From Gemmatimonadota bacterium (GTDB lineage Bacteria > Gemmatimonadota > Gemmatimonadetes > Longimicrobiales > Gaopeijiaceae): 64,000 bases of DNA. The notes beneath the pieces were generated by a model, which was not told where the DNA came from, searched no databases, and saw only the letters and a program-made list of their open reading frames with translations. The stretch spans positions 32,001 through 96,000 of the forward strand of contig JBDHHQ010000027.1 of the NCBI GenBank assembly GCA_039589315.1, given 5' to 3'. The translations under genes were made by a program, and so were the position numbers. Each line of letters begins with the position of its first letter. Position 1 is the first letter of the stretch. Of this stretch, positions 38,550-48,433 are shown piece by piece.

Positions 38550-41219
38550 TCAGTCCTCCCGGAGCGCCTCGGTCGGGCTGACACGTGCCGCCCGCAACGC
38601 AGGTAGCGAGCACGCGGCGACCGCCACCGCAAGGAGCACGGCCGTGACGGCTCCGAACACGGTCACATCCCAGGGCGCGACCCCGTAGAGCACCGCGCCC
38701 AAGAGCCGGGCGGCCGCCAGGGCGCCGATGAGCCCGACCGCCGCCCCGGCGACGGACACGGTCAGCCCGTGGCGAATCACACTCCGCATCACCTCACCCA
38801 CGCTCGCCCCGAGCGCCTTCTTGATTCCGATCTCCCGAGTCTGGCGCCGGACGGCGTGGGCGAGCACGCCGTAGATACCCAGCGCCGAAAGAGCCAACGC
38901 CAGACCGGCGTACAGCGCCACGATCACGGCCGAGAGTCGACTGCGCGCTTCCTCATCCCGCATGCGCTGGTCCATGCTGGCGACATCGTAGACGGGTAGA
39001 TCGGCGTCGGTGTTCCTCACGATCGCGCGCAGCTGCGCGGCGAGGCTCGACGCATCCACGTCCGCTCGCATGCGAAGGCCGATGGTGAGTGCGCGTTCCG
39101 CCAACTGACTGTAGGGCCGGTACACGTCGAGCTGAGGGCCGAACGGATCGAAGAGGCGAGTCCTGTGCCGTGCGTCGGACACCACCCCCACGACCTCGAA
39201 CGGCTGCAGAATGCCGTCCTCGTACGCTTCGTACCGGCGCCCGATCGGATCCTCTCCCGGCCACACCCATTCAGCGAGAGACTCGCTGACGATCGCCACC
39301 TGCCTGGAGCCCTCGTCGTCGGCTGAAGCGAAGTCACGCCCCCGTATCAGCTCCATGCCCAGGCGTTGGAAGGTGCCCGGATACACGTGATGCCGGGACG
39401 CCTCGACCCGCTCCTCCGGGAACGCTTCGTACCGGGCCTCGTCGGTGAGGAGCTCGACCCAGTTGCCATGCCCCAGTCGGTTGGGGCTCCATAGGAACGC
39501 CTCCTCCACGTCCGGCAGGCTCTCGGCCCCCGCCACCAGTGCCTCGGCCACCGCTCGCCGGGGTGATTCCTCGTCGTACCGCTCGCCGCGGAGATTGAGG
39601 TGAACCGTAACGAGGTCCGCCGTGTCGAAGCCGTACCCGGTGTCCTGAAGGGTTCGAAAGCTCTGTACCAGGAGTCCGGCGCCCACCAGCAGGACGAACG
39701 CCAGGGCCATCTCACTCATGATCAGGAGCGACCGCATTCGGATTCCCGATCGTCCCTCGGAGTGTCTTCCGCCGCCGCGCAGTCGATCGGATGGAGTGCC
39801 GCCCAGCACGCCCACCGCAGAGGCCAGCCCTAGCGCCGTACCCAACGCGACAGTGACCACGCCTGTCAGAAGGAGAGCAGGCCCGTCCAGGCGCAGCTGG
39901 GTGAAGCCGGGGAGCTCCAGCAGCTCGAGGTTGGTCAGCAGGCCCACCCCCCACCCTGCGATCACCGTGCCAACCACGCCCCCGATGGCGCCCAGTACGA
40001 GGCCCTCCGTAAGGAGTTGGCGGACGAGCCGACCCGGTCGGGCGCCCAGGGCGCGCCGCATTGCGATCTCGCGCGTGCGGCCCGTGGCCCGGATCAACAT
40101 GAGGTTCACGACGTTCACCGTGACCAGGAGAAGGACCAGCCCCGCTCCGACGAGAAGGACCGCCGTGGGCGCGCGGTGGTTCTGGAAGAACGCTTCGCCG
40201 AGCGGACGGAGATTGTAGGTGTAGCCCTGATTCGCCTCGGCGTATTCGGTTGCCAGTGACGTCGAGAGAGCCCGAAAGTCGGCTCGGGCCTCCGCGAGAT
40301 CGACGCCGGGTCGGAGCTTCACGATGGCCGTGAACATACGGAACCCGCGGTCCTCTGCGGGCTCGTATCCCAGCAGGTCTGGGACCGACCACAGCGGTAG
40401 GAAGATGTCGGTGTCGTCCAGTGCCCGGCTGCGAAGGTCGACCTTGCCCGGTCTCATGACGCCGATGACCTCGAAGGGCTGTCCGTTCAGTTGGACAGCG
40501 TGGCCCACCACATCCGGATTCGATCCGAAGAGCCGCACCCAGGCGCCGTGGGACAGGATCGCCACGGGACGCGCCGCGCCGCGCCGGTTGTCGTCCCTCA
40601 TGAACGTCCGCCCCCGGGCAACCTCCATGCCCAGCAGCCGGAAATAGCCATGATCCACGAAGTTGGCCGGAACCCGCTCCGGAGCCTCGCTCCCGGAGAG
40701 GTTCACATCCTGCCAATCCAGGAATAGCGCCATTTCGTCGAGGACCCGGTTCCGCGCCTCCACCTCCTGCATGTTCAGTAACGAGACGCCGAAGCCGTTC
40801 GTAGCGCTTCCCGAAAAGTCGTTGTCCACCAACACCAGACGCTCCGCCTCGGGGTAGGGGAGCGGATCCAGGAAGATGGCCGCCGCCAGGGTCAGGATGA
40901 GCGCGTTCACCCCCACGCCCAGGGCCAGCGCGCCGGCGGCCACGACGGTGAAGGACGGGTCTCGCCGAAGCTGACGGAGGCTCACCCGTACATCACTGCC
41001 GAAGCCGTTCCAATCCGTAGCGCCCGTAACCGCGTACCGGCCGACGATGGCCATCGCTTGCACCCAGTACCATGCGGTCGATCGGAAGACACCGGTTCCC
41101 CGGGTCCGTCGCACGATGAGCTCCTCCCGGAGATCTCCGAGGATGGCTTCGCGCGATTCGGAGGGCAGGACGTGGGTCAGCAGGATTTCCGCCAGGCGTG
41201 GCGGACGCGGGGGCTTCAC
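38550..41219 (-). CDS. ADOP-family duplicated ABC permease (MacB/FtsX domains)
   Basis: LALGVGVN, REIAMRRALGA, EMALAFVLLVGAGLL, GIYGVLA. Confidence 0.92.
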   Translation of the reverse strand: MKPPRPPRLAEILLTHVLPSESREAILGDLREELIVRRTRGTGVFRSTAWYWVQAMAIVGRYAVTGATDWNGFGSDVRVSLRQLRRDPSFTVVAAGALALGVGVNALILTLAAAIFLDPLPYPEAERLVLVDNDFSGSATNGFGVSLLNMQEVEARNRVLDEMALFLDWQDVNLSGSEAPERVPANFVDHGYFRLLGMEVARGRTFMRDDNRRGAARPVAILSHGAWVRLFGSNPDVVGHAVQLNGQPFEVIGVMRPGKVDLRSRALDDTDIFLPLWSVPDLLGYEPAEDRGFRMFTAIVKLRPGVDLAEARADFRALSTSLATEYAEANQGYTYNLRPLGEAFFQNHRAPTAVLLVGAGLVLLLVTVNVVNLMLIRATGRTREIAMRRALGARPGRLVRQLLTEGLVLGAIGGVVGTVIAGWGVGLLTNLELLELPGFTQLRLDGPALLLTGVVTVALGTALGLASAVGVLGGTPSDRLRGGGRHSEGRSGIRMRSLLIMSEMALAFVLLVGAGLLVQSFRTLQDTGYGFDTADLVTVHLNLRGERYDEESPRRAVAEALVAGAESLPDVEEAFLWSPNRLGHGNWVELLTDEARYEAFPEERVEASRHHVYPGTFQRLGMELIRGRDFASADDEGSRQVAIVSESLAEWVWPGEDPIGRRYEAYEDGILQPFEVVGVVSDARHRTRLFDPFGPQLDVYRPYSQLAERALTIGLRMRADVDASSLAAQLRAIVRNTDADLPVYDVASMDQRMRDEEARSRLSAVIVALYAGLALALSALGIYGVLAHAVRRQTREIGIKKALGASVGEVMRSVIRHGLTVSVAGAAVGLIGALAAARLLGAVLYGVAPWDVTVFGAVTAVLLAVAVAACSLPALRAARVSPTEALRED

Positions 41220-41548
41220 GACTCCTCCAGGAGCGCTTCGATGCCGCGCTCCATCTGACGGAGCATCGCGCGGGAGTGCCTGATGGCGTCGAGTCCGGCG
41301 GCTTCGACGCGGTAGAAGCGCTTGGCCTTTCCACCGCGCTCGGGCGTGGGCCCGGCCAGGTGAGAGGCGAGAAGTCCCTTGCGTACCAGGCGATCCAGTG
41401 TCACGTAGACTGCTCCTCGCGCCACGGACCGCCCGGTCTGCCTCTCGATCTCCTCACGGATGCGTACGCCGTAGGCGTCCTTCCCGATGCGCACTACGGC
41501 CAGCATCACCAGTAGCTCGAATTCTCCCAGGAACCCCTTTCGTCCCAT
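41216..41548 (-). CDS. PadR-family regulator
   Basis: LGEFELLVML, AYGV, GAVYVTLDRL, RGGKAKRFY. Confidence 0.92.
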   Translation of the reverse strand: MGRKGFLGEFELLVMLAVVRIGKDAYGVRIREEIERQTGRSVARGAVYVTLDRLVRKGLLASHLAGPTPERGGKAKRFYRVEAAGLDAIRHSRAMLRQMERGIEALLEES

Positions 41549-41638
41549 CGTCCCGACCTTTGCTTTTCGGCGGTCCGATCGCCGTCACGCATCGCCGATC
41601 TCAGCGCCCATTCCACCGACGAGGGCTGCTTTCACACA

Positions 41639-41661
41639 TAATGCCTATAATGTTGGCATTA
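41639..41661. promoter_or_regulatory. Inverted repeat overlapping TATAAT between divergent padR copies
   Basis: TAATGCC-TATAATGTT-GGCATTA. Confidence 0.5.
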
Positions 41662-41699
41662 GGGCCTGCGCTGTCAACTGACCGCCGGCCGTTGGAGTC

Positions 41700-41935
41700 G
41701 GCGGATCTCCGCGCGCAGGGGGGAACCAGCCAGAGGAGAGACGTCGCGGGATCCGTCTCCAGGGGAGCGCTCTATACCCCGTTGGAGCGTCTGGAGGAGA
41801 AGGTGGGCTGGAATCCGAGCTCGGCGAGCCCACCGCGGTGCGGGGTGGAAGACCCAAGCGGTTCTGGAAGGTGACTCCTAAGGGCCTCGCTCAGCTTCGG
41901 CACGGCCTGGAAGCGATGGAGAGCATGTCACACCG
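41700..41935 (+). pseudogene. Second PadR-family gene, fragmented
   Basis: VSRGALYTPLERLEEK, then a frame change to RGGRPKRFWKVTPKG. Confidence 0.7.
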
Positions 41936-42031
41936 TTTCCGGTCGGTGGCCCGTCAGGGCGTCGCCGAGAGAGTGAAGACCGCCAACGCGTGGTCCACTC
42001 ATCTGCCGATGCTCTTCGCGCTACCGCAGTA

Positions 42032-42685
42032 TCAGTCTCCGTCCGAGCACGCGCGGCGGAGCCGGGCGCGAAGCCGCTGGAACCGTTTCCGGAGGGTAGC
42101 CGGAGCTAGTCCGAGCGATTCGGCGAGCTCGTTGGTGGAGTAGCCCACACCATACCGCAGTGTGAGCAGCTCGGCATCGGCTTCGCTGACTGCGTCGAGG
42201 GCCTGTGCCAAGAACAGGCGATCCATCAGCTGCGCCTCGACGTCCTCGCCGCTCTCCTCCGTCTCGGGCGCGTGGGGCGGGGGTAGGGCGGGCCACTTGT
42301 TCCTGTCCCGGGTGACACGTTTGCCGAGACGCCACCGCAGCCGCTGGCTCACGTACCCCAGGAAGTCGACACCGTAGGACGGATCGTACTCCTCCAACGC
42401 CTTCCTGAAGACGATGTAGCTCTCGGCCAGGAGATCCTCGGGTAGGCACCCCCCGGGTTCGCACCGCGAGTCTCGGCAGAACGCCCTGAGCACCTTACTC
42501 ACCAACGGCAAGTGGCGGAGATAGATCGCAGACGCACAGGCCGCGCGATCGCCCTGACCCCGACAAGCCTGGAACTGCTCGACCGCTTCGTTGCCCAGCC
42601 CGACCGACGCGAAGGGACCCTCGAGCGAGGCCAGCCGCCCGGCGGAGAGCGGACAGGGGAACGCCCGGGGACCGTTCATCGACAT
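42032..42685 (-). CDS. Sigma-70-family sigma factor (regions 2 and 4), Cys-rich
   Basis: EDLLAESYIVFRKALEEYDPSYGVDFLGY; LRYGVGYSTNELAESLGL..TLRKR. Confidence 0.8.
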   Translation of the reverse strand: MSMNGPRAFPCPLSAGRLASLEGPFASVGLGNEAVEQFQACRGQGDRAACASAIYLRHLPLVSKVLRAFCRDSRCEPGGCLPEDLLAESYIVFRKALEEYDPSYGVDFLGYVSQRLRWRLGKRVTRDRNKWPALPPPHAPETEESGEDVEAQLMDRLFLAQALDAVSEADAELLTLRYGVGYSTNELAESLGLAPATLRKRFQRLRARLRRACSDGD

Positions 42686-42864
42686 GTCGTTCCAACCGGC
42701 GGCGCGGCTGCCGCTACGGGTGCGACCCGCGTCAATCGACGTGGGCTGCCGGGAGCGTTTGTGGCGAAGGTCACATTCTAGGACGGTGCCGGGGATATTG
42801 CCAATAGAGGCTATAGTGGGCCCGACCCTGGCCGGGACCCGTGCTAACCGAACAAAGGCTGGCG

Positions 42865-43686
42865 ATGAGCTCACGACGACGGACCTTCGAAGCGGCGGCC
42901 CTCGCGCTCTTCTTCCTCGGCGTGGCGATCCTGACAGTCTTCGGCTTCGCGATGCGCGACTGGATGCCACCCGCGGCGTCGCGGCACGCGGCGGGCATGG
43001 ACGGGATGATCGAGTACCTGCTCTACACCACCGGAGCCATCTTCGTGATCGGGCATCTGGTCCTCATAGCCTTCATCTGGCGGTTCGGACGAGGACGGCG
43101 TGCGGACAACCCCGAAACGAAGCCCAGGACCGAGCGGCTCTGGTCGATCGCACCAGTCGTCATCATGGCCCTCGTCTCCGAGGTCGGCGTGTTGGTCATC
43201 GGGCTCCCCGTCTGGGACGAGATCTACGGTGACTTTCCTGAGGACGCGCTCGTCGTGGACGTGGCGGCACGACAGTTCGAATGGATCATCCGCTACGCGG
43301 GAAGTGACGGTGAGTTCGGCCGCACGGATCCCGAGCAGATCGACGGTGCGTCGAACCCGACGGGCCTCGACGCCGGCGACCCGCGGGCTGCGGACGACGT
43401 GGTCGTCCGGAACGTGCTGCGGCTCCCCGTGAACCGACCGATCTACCTGCGCCTGAGGTCGCACGACGTCCTGCACAGCTTCTCGGTGGCCGCCTTCCGC
43501 GTGAAGCAGGACATCGTGCCCGGCATCGTGGGCAGCACCCAGTTCGTGCCGACCCGAGTGGGCACCTTCGAGATCGGCTGCGCCGAGCTGTGTGGCCTGG
43601 CGCACTATCGCATGCGGGGCCGCGTGATCGTCATGTCCGAGGATGAATACGACCAGTGGCAGCTCGACCAGGGAGGAGCCGAATGA
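42865..43686 (+). CDS. coxB: Cytochrome c oxidase subunit II
   Basis: DVLHSF and CAELCGLAHYRM CuA motif. Confidence 0.93.
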   Translation: MSSRRRTFEAAALALFFLGVAILTVFGFAMRDWMPPAASRHAAGMDGMIEYLLYTTGAIFVIGHLVLIAFIWRFGRGRRADNPETKPRTERLWSIAPVVIMALVSEVGVLVIGLPVWDEIYGDFPEDALVVDVAARQFEWIIRYAGSDGEFGRTDPEQIDGASNPTGLDAGDPRAADDVVVRNVLRLPVNRPIYLRLRSHDVLHSFSVAAFRVKQDIVPGIVGSTQFVPTRVGTFEIGCAELCGLAHYRMRGRVIVMSEDEYDQWQLDQGGAE

Positions 43687-45482
43687 CCGGTCACGCACCC
43701 CTCCCGTTCTGGCGGCGCTACATCTTCTCCACGGACCACAAGATCATCGGGTTGCAGTACATCCTGACCGCGGCCTTCATGGCCATCGTGGCCGTGGGGC
43801 TGTCGGTTCTGATCCGCCTGCAGATGGCCTGGCCACAGACGCTCTGGCCGGCCCTGGAGCGCATTCTGCCGCGGGCGTACGAAGGCGGGGTGCTCCTGCC
43901 CGAGTTCTACATCAGCATGGTCACGATGCACGGGACCATCATGGTGTTCTTCGTGATCTCCCTCGCTCTCGTGAGCGGCATCGGCAACTTCATCATCCCC
44001 CTGCACGTCGGGGCGCGGGACATGGCGTACCCGTTCCTCAACATGCTGTCGTACTGGACCATCGTACCGGCCTGTCTGATCATGCTCGCCTCCTTCTTCG
44101 TAGAGGGGGGCGCCGCCGCCGGGGGTTGGACCTCGTATCCGCCACTGTCCGCGCTGCCAGGGGCTTTACCGGGATCGGGCCTGGGGCAGACGCTCTGGCT
44201 CCTGGGGATGGCCCTCTTCATCGCCTCCTTCACGATGGGAAGCCTCAACTTCCTCACGACCATCCTGAACCTGAGAACCCGGGGCATGTCGCTCATGCGG
44301 ATGCCGCTCACCACCTGGACGATGTTCGTCTCGTCGGTGCTCGGTATTCTGGCCTTCCCGCCGCTCACCGCGGCCGCGATCATGCTGCTCTTCGACCGAC
44401 ACGGAGGCACGAGCTTCTTCCTCCCAGGCGGTCTGGTCGTGGGAGGTCAGGTGCTCCCGTTCGACGGTGGAACTCCACTCCTGTTCCAGCATCTGTTCTG
44501 GTTCCTGGGCCACCCCGAGGTCTACGTGCTGGTCCTCCCGGCCCTCGGCATCGCCTTCGATGTGGTGGCCACCTTTGGACGCCGGCCGGTGTTCGGTTAC
44601 CGGACCACGGTGTGGTCGCTACTCGTCGTCGCGGTCCTGAGCATGATCGTGTGGGGGCACCACATGTTCACGAGCGGTATGAACCCGTACGTCGGCGAGT
44701 ATTTCTCGATAGTGACCGTGGCGATCACCCTGCCTTTCGCGGTTATCGGTCTGAACCTGATCGCCAGCCTGTGGCGTGCCGAGCTGCGCCTGACCACGGC
44801 CATGCTCTTCGCGATCGGCATCATCTCGGCCGTGGGCACCGGTGGCCTGGGAGGGCTGTACCTCGGAACGGCAGCCTCGGACATCTACTTCCACGACTCG
44901 GTGTTCGTCGTTGGGCACTTCCACTTCATGATCGGCGTGGTGACGTCGTTCGGGATCTTCGCCGCGCTCTATTTCTGGTTCCCCAAGATGTTCGGGCGGC
45001 ACATGAGTGAGACCCTGGGCAAGGTGCACTTCTGGCTCACCATCGGGCCCGTCTTCGCCGCCTTCATAGCAATGCACTACCTCGGCTTGGGGGGTGCGTT
45101 GCGCCGGGTGTACGATCCCACCGTGTACGAGTACATCCGGCCCCTGCAGCAGATGAACGTCTGGATCACCTACGCCCTGATCGTCGCCGTCGTGGCGCAG
45201 CTCGTCTTCTTCGTGAATCTCGTCTACGGGATGCTGTGGGGCCGACGTGCCGAAGAGAATCCGTGGCAGGGTGCCACGCTGGAGTGGACCACGCCCTCAC
45301 CGGCCCCACACCTGAACTGGGCCGAGCCCCCGACCGTGTTCCGGGGCCCGTACCAGTATCGCGTGAATGGCACGGCCGAAGGGTATACGCCGCAGCACGT
45401 TCCCGACCGAATGGACCAATCGGCCGCTGAGGCGCTCCGGGGCCCGCCGGCGGAACCGACGCTCGCAGGAGGTCCGGAATGA
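43683..45482 (+). CDS. coxA: Heme-copper oxidase subunit I (A1-type signature, atypical K channel)
   Basis: MHG, ARDMA, GHPEVY, WGHH, HFH, RR. Confidence 0.95.
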   Translation: MTGHAPLPFWRRYIFSTDHKIIGLQYILTAAFMAIVAVGLSVLIRLQMAWPQTLWPALERILPRAYEGGVLLPEFYISMVTMHGTIMVFFVISLALVSGIGNFIIPLHVGARDMAYPFLNMLSYWTIVPACLIMLASFFVEGGAAAGGWTSYPPLSALPGALPGSGLGQTLWLLGMALFIASFTMGSLNFLTTILNLRTRGMSLMRMPLTTWTMFVSSVLGILAFPPLTAAAIMLLFDRHGGTSFFLPGGLVVGGQVLPFDGGTPLLFQHLFWFLGHPEVYVLVLPALGIAFDVVATFGRRPVFGYRTTVWSLLVVAVLSMIVWGHHMFTSGMNPYVGEYFSIVTVAITLPFAVIGLNLIASLWRAELRLTTAMLFAIGIISAVGTGGLGGLYLGTAASDIYFHDSVFVVGHFHFMIGVVTSFGIFAALYFWFPKMFGRHMSETLGKVHFWLTIGPVFAAFIAMHYLGLGGALRRVYDPTVYEYIRPLQQMNVWITYALIVAVVAQLVFFVNLVYGMLWGRRAEENPWQGATLEWTTPSPAPHLNWAEPPTVFRGPYQYRVNGTAEGYTPQHVPDRMDQSAAEALRGPPAEPTLAGGPE

Positions 45483-46093
45483 GCCGCCTGACGTTGGCGG
45501 GGACGATCCCCCTCGACGTCCCGCAGGGCGCAGGACGCGGCGCCCCACCCCCGCCGTCTGGCCGCGGCCTCTATCCCATGTTCCTCATGGCCGTGCTGGC
45601 CACGGTCACCATGCTCTTCGCGGCGTTCACCGCGGCCCTCCTGATCCGGCGCTCCGGATCGGACTGGATCGCCATCGAGCTGCCGGCCATCGCATGGGTG
45701 AACGGCGGTGTGATCGTCGTCTCCTCGGCCCTTCTGGAGCTGGCCAGGAGGGCGCTCCGCTCAGGTGCTGCATCCGTCGCCCCGCTATGGCTGGGGCTCG
45801 CGGCCGCCCTCGGACTGCTGTTCCTCGCCGGACAGATAGTGGCCTGGCGCGCGTTGATGGCCGAGGGCGTCTTTCTCCCTTCCAGTCCTCACGCTGCCTT
45901 CTTCTACATGCTGTCGGCGGTCCACGGCGCCCACGTCCTCGGGGGCCTCGGTGCGCTGGGGTGGACACTCCGGAGCGCGCTGAGAGGAGCATACACCGCA
46001 ACCATGCACCGGGGGTTGAGCCATGCGGCGGTCTACTGGCACTTCGTGGGAGCGCTCTGGATCTACCTTCTCATCCTCATGCGGATCGCCTAG
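45479..46093 (+). CDS. Cytochrome c oxidase subunit III-like (first)
   Basis: HGAHVLGG and YWHFV. Confidence 0.85.
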   Translation: MSRLTLAGTIPLDVPQGAGRGAPPPPSGRGLYPMFLMAVLATVTMLFAAFTAALLIRRSGSDWIAIELPAIAWVNGGVIVVSSALLELARRALRSGAASVAPLWLGLAAALGLLFLAGQIVAWRALMAEGVFLPSSPHAAFFYMLSAVHGAHVLGGLGALGWTLRSALRGAYTATMHRGLSHAAVYWHFVGALWIYLLILMRIA

Positions 46094-46096
46094 GAG

Positions 46097-46714
46097 ATGC
46101 CAATGAGCGAGACAGGCACGATGCCGGCGCCTGTATACTGGGCGGGAGGCGACAGTCCGTTCGCGATGTCGTGGCAGAAGCTGATGATGTGGGTCTTTCT
46201 CGTGACGGACGCATTGCTGTTCGCGGGCTTCCTCGCGGCCTACGCCTTCATCCGGCTCGCCAGTGGGTCGTGGCCCGAGCAGGGCGAGGTCTTCAACATG
46301 ACGCTGATCGGCGTCATGACGTTCACGCTCATCACGTCCAGCGCGACCATGGCCTCCGCCGTCGGCGCGGCGCACCGAAAAGACCTGAAGACGGCTACGC
46401 GGTTCGTTCTACTCACGGCTCTGGGCGGCGCGATCTTCCTGGGGATGCAGGCCACGGAGTGGACGCAGCTGATCCACGAAGGAGCGCGCCTGTCCGGGAA
46501 TCCGTGGGGGGCGACGGCCTTCTCGTCGTTCTTCTTCATGATCACGGGCTTCCACGGAACGCACGTGCTCATCGGCGTGATCATCCTCCTCATCACGGCG
46601 GCGCGATCGCGATCCGGCACGGCGACGGCCGACGGCGTCGAGTTGGCAGGCCTGTACTGGCACTTCGTGGACCTCGTCTGGGTGTTCATCTTCACGACCT
46701 TCTACCTGATCTGA
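46097..46714 (+). CDS. coxC: Cytochrome c oxidase subunit III (second)
   Basis: MWVFLVTD, TGFHGTHV, GLYWHFVDLVW. Confidence 0.9.
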   Translation: MPMSETGTMPAPVYWAGGDSPFAMSWQKLMMWVFLVTDALLFAGFLAAYAFIRLASGSWPEQGEVFNMTLIGVMTFTLITSSATMASAVGAAHRKDLKTATRFVLLTALGGAIFLGMQATEWTQLIHEGARLSGNPWGATAFSSFFFMITGFHGTHVLIGVIILLITAARSRSGTATADGVELAGLYWHFVDLVWVFIFTTFYLI

Positions 46715-46724
46715 CGGAGCCAAC

Positions 46725-47027
46725 ATGGAAGGCACCATTTCGTACAGGACCTACTGGCTGATCTGGGTCGTGCTGCTCGTGCTTACGCTCGTCATGATCG
46801 GGATCGAGGCCATGGCCCTGCCCACGGGAATCGCCATCCTCCTGCTATCTGGGGCCATGATGACGAAGGCTGCCCTGATCGGCGGGTGGTTCATGCACCT
46901 CAAGTACGAGACCCGCTTCATCGTAGCCTGTCTCGTGCTGGGGACGTTCCTCACGGCGGCCTTCCTCGTCTTCCTGCTCGTGCCGGACGGGATCGCCGCC
47001 AATCGCATGGCGGAGTATCCACAGTGA
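46725..47027 (+). CDS. Cytochrome c oxidase subunit IV family
   Basis: KAALIGGWFMHLKYE. Confidence 0.85.
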   Translation: MEGTISYRTYWLIWVVLLVLTLVMIGIEAMALPTGIAILLLSGAMMTKAALIGGWFMHLKYETRFIVACLVLGTFLTAAFLVFLLVPDGIAANRMAEYPQ

Positions 47028-47176
47028 CCGGAGCAGAAGGCACGCCGGACATGTTCGTGAACATGCTCCTGGCCACGGGAGTGCTCATCGGGGCCGTGGC
47101 GGCGCTCGTCATAGCCGGATTGGTCGTCTATCACAAGACCGCCCAGGACAGATGGGAGTCGCGCGACGCACCTTGA
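47024..47176 (+). CDS. Small single-TM protein in the cox operon
   Basis: GTG overlaps the subunit IV stop; one hydrophobic helix. Confidence 0.4.
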   Translation: MTGAEGTPDMFVNMLLATGVLIGAVAALVIAGLVVYHKTAQDRWESRDAP

Positions 47177-47237
47177 CCGCAAATCGGTCTCAGGAAGCGA
47201 TCGCCGCGATTGAGGTCCCCGGCGGCAGGGGGAACCC

Positions 47238-48203
47238 ATGAAGCACGCAGCATCCGATCGGGTTCTACACGGAGCCGCGGGTGGGGCTCTGGCCGGGATC
47301 GTCGTGATCGTCTGGTTCTTCGCCATGGACGTCGTGGCCGGCACACCGTTCGATACGCCTGCCCGCCTCTCCAGTGCGGTGCTGCGAGAAGGGTTCAGTA
47401 GGCCCTGGCCCCGGCTGATCGCGCTTTTCACCGTGCTGCACTTCGGGGTCTTCGTATCGCTCGGCGTGGCCACCACGTGGTCTCTCGACGCCGTGCAGTT
47501 GAAGCCCAACGTCATCGTGGGTGCCGTGTTCGGCGTCTTCGTGCTCAACGCGGTGCACTACGTGGGGCTTCTGGTGACGGGCACGAACCTGCTCACGGTG
47601 GTGCCTGTGCTGCAGGTCACAGTGGCGAACCTCCTCGGTGGCGTCCTGATGATGTTCTACCTGCAGAGGACCCTCGGGGACTCCCCGGAACCGGACCGGA
47701 GCGCCGTCGAGCGCCACCCCTTGCTCGTGCACGGGCTGGTGACCGGCGCCATAGGTGCGGTCGCCGTCGCCATGTGGTTTCTCGCCGTGGACCTCTTCGC
47801 GGGCTCACCGCTGCGGACGCCTGCAGTGCTCGGGTCGGCGCTACTCCTCGGCTCCGAAAGCGCCGCCGATGTCCAGCTCAATCCAAGCGTCATCGCGGCG
47901 TACTCGGTGCTTCACCTCGGCGTCTTTGCAGCCGTCGGCATCGCATTCAGCTGGCTAGGGGGCAGGGTCGAAAGCACGCCCGCGTTTGGGGCTCGCGCCG
48001 CAGGGGTACTCGTGCTCCTGGAGGTACTCTTTCTCGGGACTGCGGGCATGGCCAGTGACTGGGTCCTGCAGGAGCTCGGCTGGCTGACCGTTCTCGTGGC
48101 CAACGTCCTGGCGGTCGGGGCGATGGGGGCATGGATCTGGCGGACTCGACCTGGTGGCTGGGGCTCGGCTCGGTTTGACGGGCCTCCCGGATCTGGACGA
48201 TGA
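47238..48203 (+). CDS. Internally duplicated polytopic membrane protein
   Basis: Two homologous halves (WFFAMDVVAGTPFDTPARL / WFLAVDLFAGSPLRTPAVL). Confidence 0.8.
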   Translation: MKHAASDRVLHGAAGGALAGIVVIVWFFAMDVVAGTPFDTPARLSSAVLREGFSRPWPRLIALFTVLHFGVFVSLGVATTWSLDAVQLKPNVIVGAVFGVFVLNAVHYVGLLVTGTNLLTVVPVLQVTVANLLGGVLMMFYLQRTLGDSPEPDRSAVERHPLLVHGLVTGAIGAVAVAMWFLAVDLFAGSPLRTPAVLGSALLLGSESAADVQLNPSVIAAYSVLHLGVFAAVGIAFSWLGGRVESTPAFGARAAGVLVLLEVLFLGTAGMASDWVLQELGWLTVLVANVLAVGAMGAWIWRTRPGGWGSARFDGPPGSGR

Positions 48204-48228
48204 GCGAGGGAGACCGTCCGGCGTCTGA

Positions 48229-48350
48229 TCACGGCCTCGGCCCTTCCGAGGCTGATGCGACCCGCTCCACTTCCGTCATGACGGGGAGCGTGTTCTCGCC
48301 CCAGATCTTGCGAATCGTCTCCTCGTCGAAGCCGCGCTGCAGCACCGTCG
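48229..48350 (-). pseudogene. C-terminal fragment resembling an M19 membrane dipeptidase
   Basis: LQRGFDEETIRKIWGENTLPVM. Confidence 0.5.
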
Positions 48351-48433
48351 TCTCGCAATCTCGCGCCATGGTGTGGCTTGGGGAGGTCCTGGGAGCGACG
48401 CCCCGAAGGAGGTCACCTCGTGACCCGCAGTTC

